Below are positions 57,379-60,152 of a stretch of 60,152 nt of DNA, in pieces. The position numbers and the translations under genes were made by a program. Below the pieces are notes generated by a model. That model ran no database searches. It was not told the origin of the DNA and saw only the letters and a list, made by a program, of their open reading frames with translations. Source of the DNA: a virus (taxonomy: Duplodnaviria; Caudoviricetes); IMG/VR virus record IMGVR_UViG_3300011115_000619, positions 1 through 60,152 of that record. One strand, 5' to 3'. The first letter of the stretch is position 1. Every line of letters starts with the position of its first letter.

Positions 57379-58170
57379 TCAACCCTTCTTCAGTGCGGTA
57401 CGCCGCTCGTTGAATGCAGTCTTCACCTTGGAGTGAAGCTTCGGTGCTTCCTTCTCCATGCGCTCGATCACGCCAATGTTGGACTGCCAGAGACGACGGA
57501 GAACGTCGGTGCCTTCGGCAGTGTGGGCGATGCGAGCCAGCACGGTAGCCGCCGTGATGAAGTCGGTGGTGTCTGCCTTCAGAGTGGGCAGGCCATCGTC
57601 ATCAACACTGGCAGTGATGGCAGTCTCAGGGGACGGGTCAGGTGCAACTGCACCCGAAACCTTGGGACGCACGTCGGTGATGGTGGCATCCGGGAACGCC
57701 TTCAGCACCTCTTTGACGGCAGGCTGCTCAGCCTTCACCTTGTCCTTGATCTTCAGGTCATCAGGGTCAGAAGCGTCAGCATCCTGCTCGCCCGTGACAA
57801 CCTTGAAGGCGCTCCGCATAAAGAGCTTGTCAGCGTAGGACAGAGCAGAGCCTGCCGTCTGAGCGCCCTGAATGGGATGCAGGATGGTGAACTTGGAGAA
57901 CTCCTCAATCGAGTCTCCGCTCTCGTGGTACAGGTCGAACGCATAGGTAATGCGCAAGGCCCCGTCCTTACCTATTTCCCGCTCAACCACCGTGCTGATC
58001 TCACGGGGTTGCCACATGATGCCGTTGGCTGCGGCAAGTTTGGCGATACCTTCGTAGTACTTGTCGATGCTGACATAGTTGTATTTCGCAAATGCATTGC
58101 GGTCAGCCTTACCAAGCTGCGGCACTGCCTGCGCGATCTTCATCATCGCCATGGCGATATTCGGTGTCAT
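57379..58170 (-). CDS. ERF-family ssDNA annealing protein
   Basis: K...N.F..Y.Y..ID; Q.AGSA.SYA.K......F....E.D.D. Confidence 0.8.
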   Translation of the reverse strand: MTPNIAMAMMKIAQAVPQLGKADRNAFAKYNYVSIDKYYEGIAKLAAANGIMWQPREISTVVEREIGKDGALRITYAFDLYHESGDSIEEFSKFTILHPIQGAQTAGSALSYADKLFMRSAFKVVTGEQDADASDPDDLKIKDKVKAEQPAVKEVLKAFPDATITDVRPKVSGAVAPDPSPETAITASVDDDGLPTLKADTTDFITAATVLARIAHTAEGTDVLRRLWQSNIGVIERMEKEAPKLHSKVKTAFNERRTALKKG

Positions 58171-59036
58171 TCTGCCTCTCCCTTCTCGGTCTGCCACTGG
58201 GTACACCACTGGCTGACACTGCAAAAATCCACGCAACGTGTAGGCGCGCCCGGCCTCTCGACCACCTCGGTGCCAGCATTGTCAGTGCTGAAAGCGTCGG
58301 CTTCGGCCTTGGTGTCGAACACCCGGACTGCGGTTTTCCTTCCCGGCTTCATCACCGCGAACTTGCTCTGCTTCAACCACCGCTCTTCATCAGTGCAGTG
58401 GGGCAGGTCATCACCAAACTGGTCTGCCGTGGCAGCAGCCTGATGGAGACGAATGCGCTCATGGATGAACGCCTCCTGCTGCTCAACGGACCACAGGGGC
58501 AATTGCACCCGAACGACAGGCGCTGCAGGGTAGCCATCCTGCGAAGCTTTCATGCGAGACCAGTCACGAATGAAGGCGACAACATTGACACCCTCAACGC
58601 GCCAGCCCTTTACCTTGTGAACAAGGTAGGCATATACGTTCAACTGTTGGACCCATTCCGGCTTGTCGTGCATCACTGCCCAAGCCGACGTGACCTTGTA
58701 GTCTTCAATGATCGCCACACCGTCCCGGAGGGTCTGCAGATCCATACCGCCAGACAGAGTCCAACCAAGAATACTAGTGTGCAGACGCTCCTCAGCGATG
58801 TGGTTCTCATCCGCACCAGCTTCAGCAAGGCTGTGCATGGCACGGCCCATCATCGACCAGATGCCATCAACAACATCCATCTCGATCTCGTCATCGTGAC
58901 GGGCGCGGAGGATGCTGATACGGGGCGAGCCAATCAACTGGGTGACGGACAAGCGGGCACCACCCCTTGTGTACGGGTCTCTTTCCAAGACATTCACGAG
59001 GGTCTGGGGCAGACCGCTCTTGTTGGTGATCTTCAT
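58167..59036 (-). CDS. PD-(D/E)xK (Cas4/AddB-like) exonuclease
   Basis: G..MH, LSG..D, DYK.TS, QLNVY and C-terminal RC..FC.V...C. Confidence 0.8.
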   Translation of the reverse strand: MKITNKSGLPQTLVNVLERDPYTRGGARLSVTQLIGSPRISILRARHDDEIEMDVVDGIWSMMGRAMHSLAEAGADENHIAEERLHTSILGWTLSGGMDLQTLRDGVAIIEDYKVTSAWAVMHDKPEWVQQLNVYAYLVHKVKGWRVEGVNVVAFIRDWSRMKASQDGYPAAPVVRVQLPLWSVEQQEAFIHERIRLHQAAATADQFGDDLPHCTDEERWLKQSKFAVMKPGRKTAVRVFDTKAEADAFSTDNAGTEVVERPGAPTRCVDFCSVSQWCTQWQTEKGEAE

Positions 59037-59101
59037 TGGTTGGTCTCTCCTGTCTCTGAGGACAATAACAAAGGTTGGCATTAAAGGCAAGGGGGTTAGT
59101 A

Positions 59102-59515
59102 ATGATTCTTTTCAGGCTTGAGGTAGAGGGTGAGCCTGCCAGCAAGGCCAACTCCAGACGCATCGTCAAAAGAGGTAACCGCACAGCATCAATCAAGTCT
59201 GCCAAGGCCCTCAACTATTCGGATGCATTTCGGATGCAAATGCCCCCGAACATGATCCCATATGCAGACGGGGACGTGAAGGTTGAGATTGACGTTTGGT
59301 ACGCCAGTCGCAGGCCTGACCTCGACATCTCTCTGATTCTTGATCTCTTGCAGGGGTACGCATATGCCAACGACAGACAAGCCCGCGAGCAGCACGCCCG
59401 CTGGCACCTCGACCCAGACAGGCCTCGATGTGTCATCGTCATCTCGGCTCTGCCGCGCAACGATAAGGCAGGCGGTGGAAGACGCCGTAAGGGGAAAGGG
59501 CAAGATCAAGCGTGA
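59102..59515 (+). CDS. rusA: RusA-like Holliday junction resolvase
   Basis: GEPASKANSRR...RRPDLD...ILD.LQG..Y.NDRQ. Confidence 0.8.
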   Translation: MILFRLEVEGEPASKANSRRIVKRGNRTASIKSAKALNYSDAFRMQMPPNMIPYADGDVKVEIDVWYASRRPDLDISLILDLLQGYAYANDRQAREQHARWHLDPDRPRCVIVISALPRNDKAGGGRRRKGKGQDQA

Positions 59516-59675
59516 GGCGCTGGCCTACTTCTCGTCAGAACGGTTTGTGCTTGACTGCCGGTCTGTCGGCGTAGATCATCGCGTGATCGGCCAACTCGTG
59601 GTCAGGATACTGGATCTGCCAGAGGCAGAGCAGTCCGGCGAGGTGGCAAAGATGAAGGCCTTGGTTAAGGCCTGA
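59340..59675 (+). CDS. Hypothetical protein (true start probably further downstream)
   Basis: R..I.QAV.DA...EAL.YF.S..F...C..VG.D pattern. Confidence 0.5.
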   Translation: MISCRGTHMPTTDKPASSTPAGTSTQTGLDVSSSSRLCRATIRQAVEDAVRGKGKIKREALAYFSSERFVLDCRSVGVDHRVIGQLVVRILDLPEAEQSGEVAKMKALVKA

Positions 59676-59983
59676 TACCCCCGAACGAAAAACCCCGCCA
59701 CGGCAGGGGGCTACCGGGCGGGGTTCTTGGGCGGGCAGGTTGTCAAGACCTTCACCCGCCTTGCGCTGTAGATCTTGGCGGATCAGCGCGTTGGGTCAGA
59801 ACGTACCATGGTGAACCATGGCGTCAAGTCTCACCGCATCTCTCCAAGTCTACATCGAAGCGCCAGCAGTGTCCGGTCGGTAAACGGCGGCGGACATTGC
59901 TGACTAGCCTGCCCCTACCGTGGGAACTTCCCAAGGGGCGTCGGTGGTCCTCACGATCCGGGCCGATGGAAGTGGTGCGCACA

Positions 59984-60152
59984 TGCACCAATCAAGCGGG
60001 GATCTAGCCTAAGACGGGTGTGTCCGTTGAGGGTGGTAGTAAGCGATGCGTGGCTCCGTCAGTCATGGTCCCCTACCCGGAACAACCCGCTGAGCAGCAG
60101 GAATGCATCCCTGTGAGTTGTCCTTGGGTAGGTTGCTCCACGTTCCCCAGCA
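59984..60152. repeat. Terminal direct repeat copy 2
   Basis: Matches 1-169. Confidence 0.95.

Larger units (their letters stand above)
807..59246. repeat. Dispersed palindromic element GRTGCA-NN-TGCAYC, ~38 copies (operator-like)
   Basis: Core starts found by eye: 807, 1609, 3407, 4432, 5616, 6568, 7848, 8119, 8780, 9102, 9647, 10029, 10261, 10620, 10912, 11356, 12016, 12538*, 13230*, 13564, 16777*, 22313, 24794, 27546, 31049, 33232, 38152, 42436, 44256, 47187, 49206, 51494, 53122, 55538, 56343, 57641, 58496, 59233 (* = 13-bp variant with 1-bp centre; some copies carry 1-2 mismatches). Confidence 0.93.

Noticed and set aside
58167-59036. Cas4-like gene as evidence of CRISPR-Cas
   Set aside because: It sits with ERF and SSB in an ordinary phage recombination module.

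Overview
The window is an apparently complete, circularly permuted ~59.98-kb tailed dsDNA phage genome: bases 1-169 recur at 59984-60152 with 3 mismatches. The virion module is podovirus-like (TerL, portal, GroES, scaffold, major capsid, tail tube/stabilisation proteins, fibres, ejection proteins, a 2710-aa giant protein, endolysin and holin). The genome also carries a Twinkle/T7-gp4-like primase-helicase, ERF, a PD-(D/E)xK exonuclease, RusA, ThyX and dCMP deaminase. GcrA-like and DUF6456-like genes hint at an alphaproteobacterial host. I found no recognisable integrase, DNA polymerase or RNA polymerase. The main discovery is in the leftward putative early operon (~7.9-12.4 kb). Four complete type II hammerhead self-cleaving ribozymes punctuate it, each starting 0-5 nt after a stop codon. 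Each ribozyme is followed by a hairpin that can sequester its own catalytic core, then a palindromic operator-like element, an RBS and the next gene. That palindrome (core GRTGCA-NN-TGCAYC, often extended to TTTYR...YRAAA) occurs about 38 times by eye across the whole genome, including inside coding sequences. All calls come from reading the sequence; no searches or folding computations were run.
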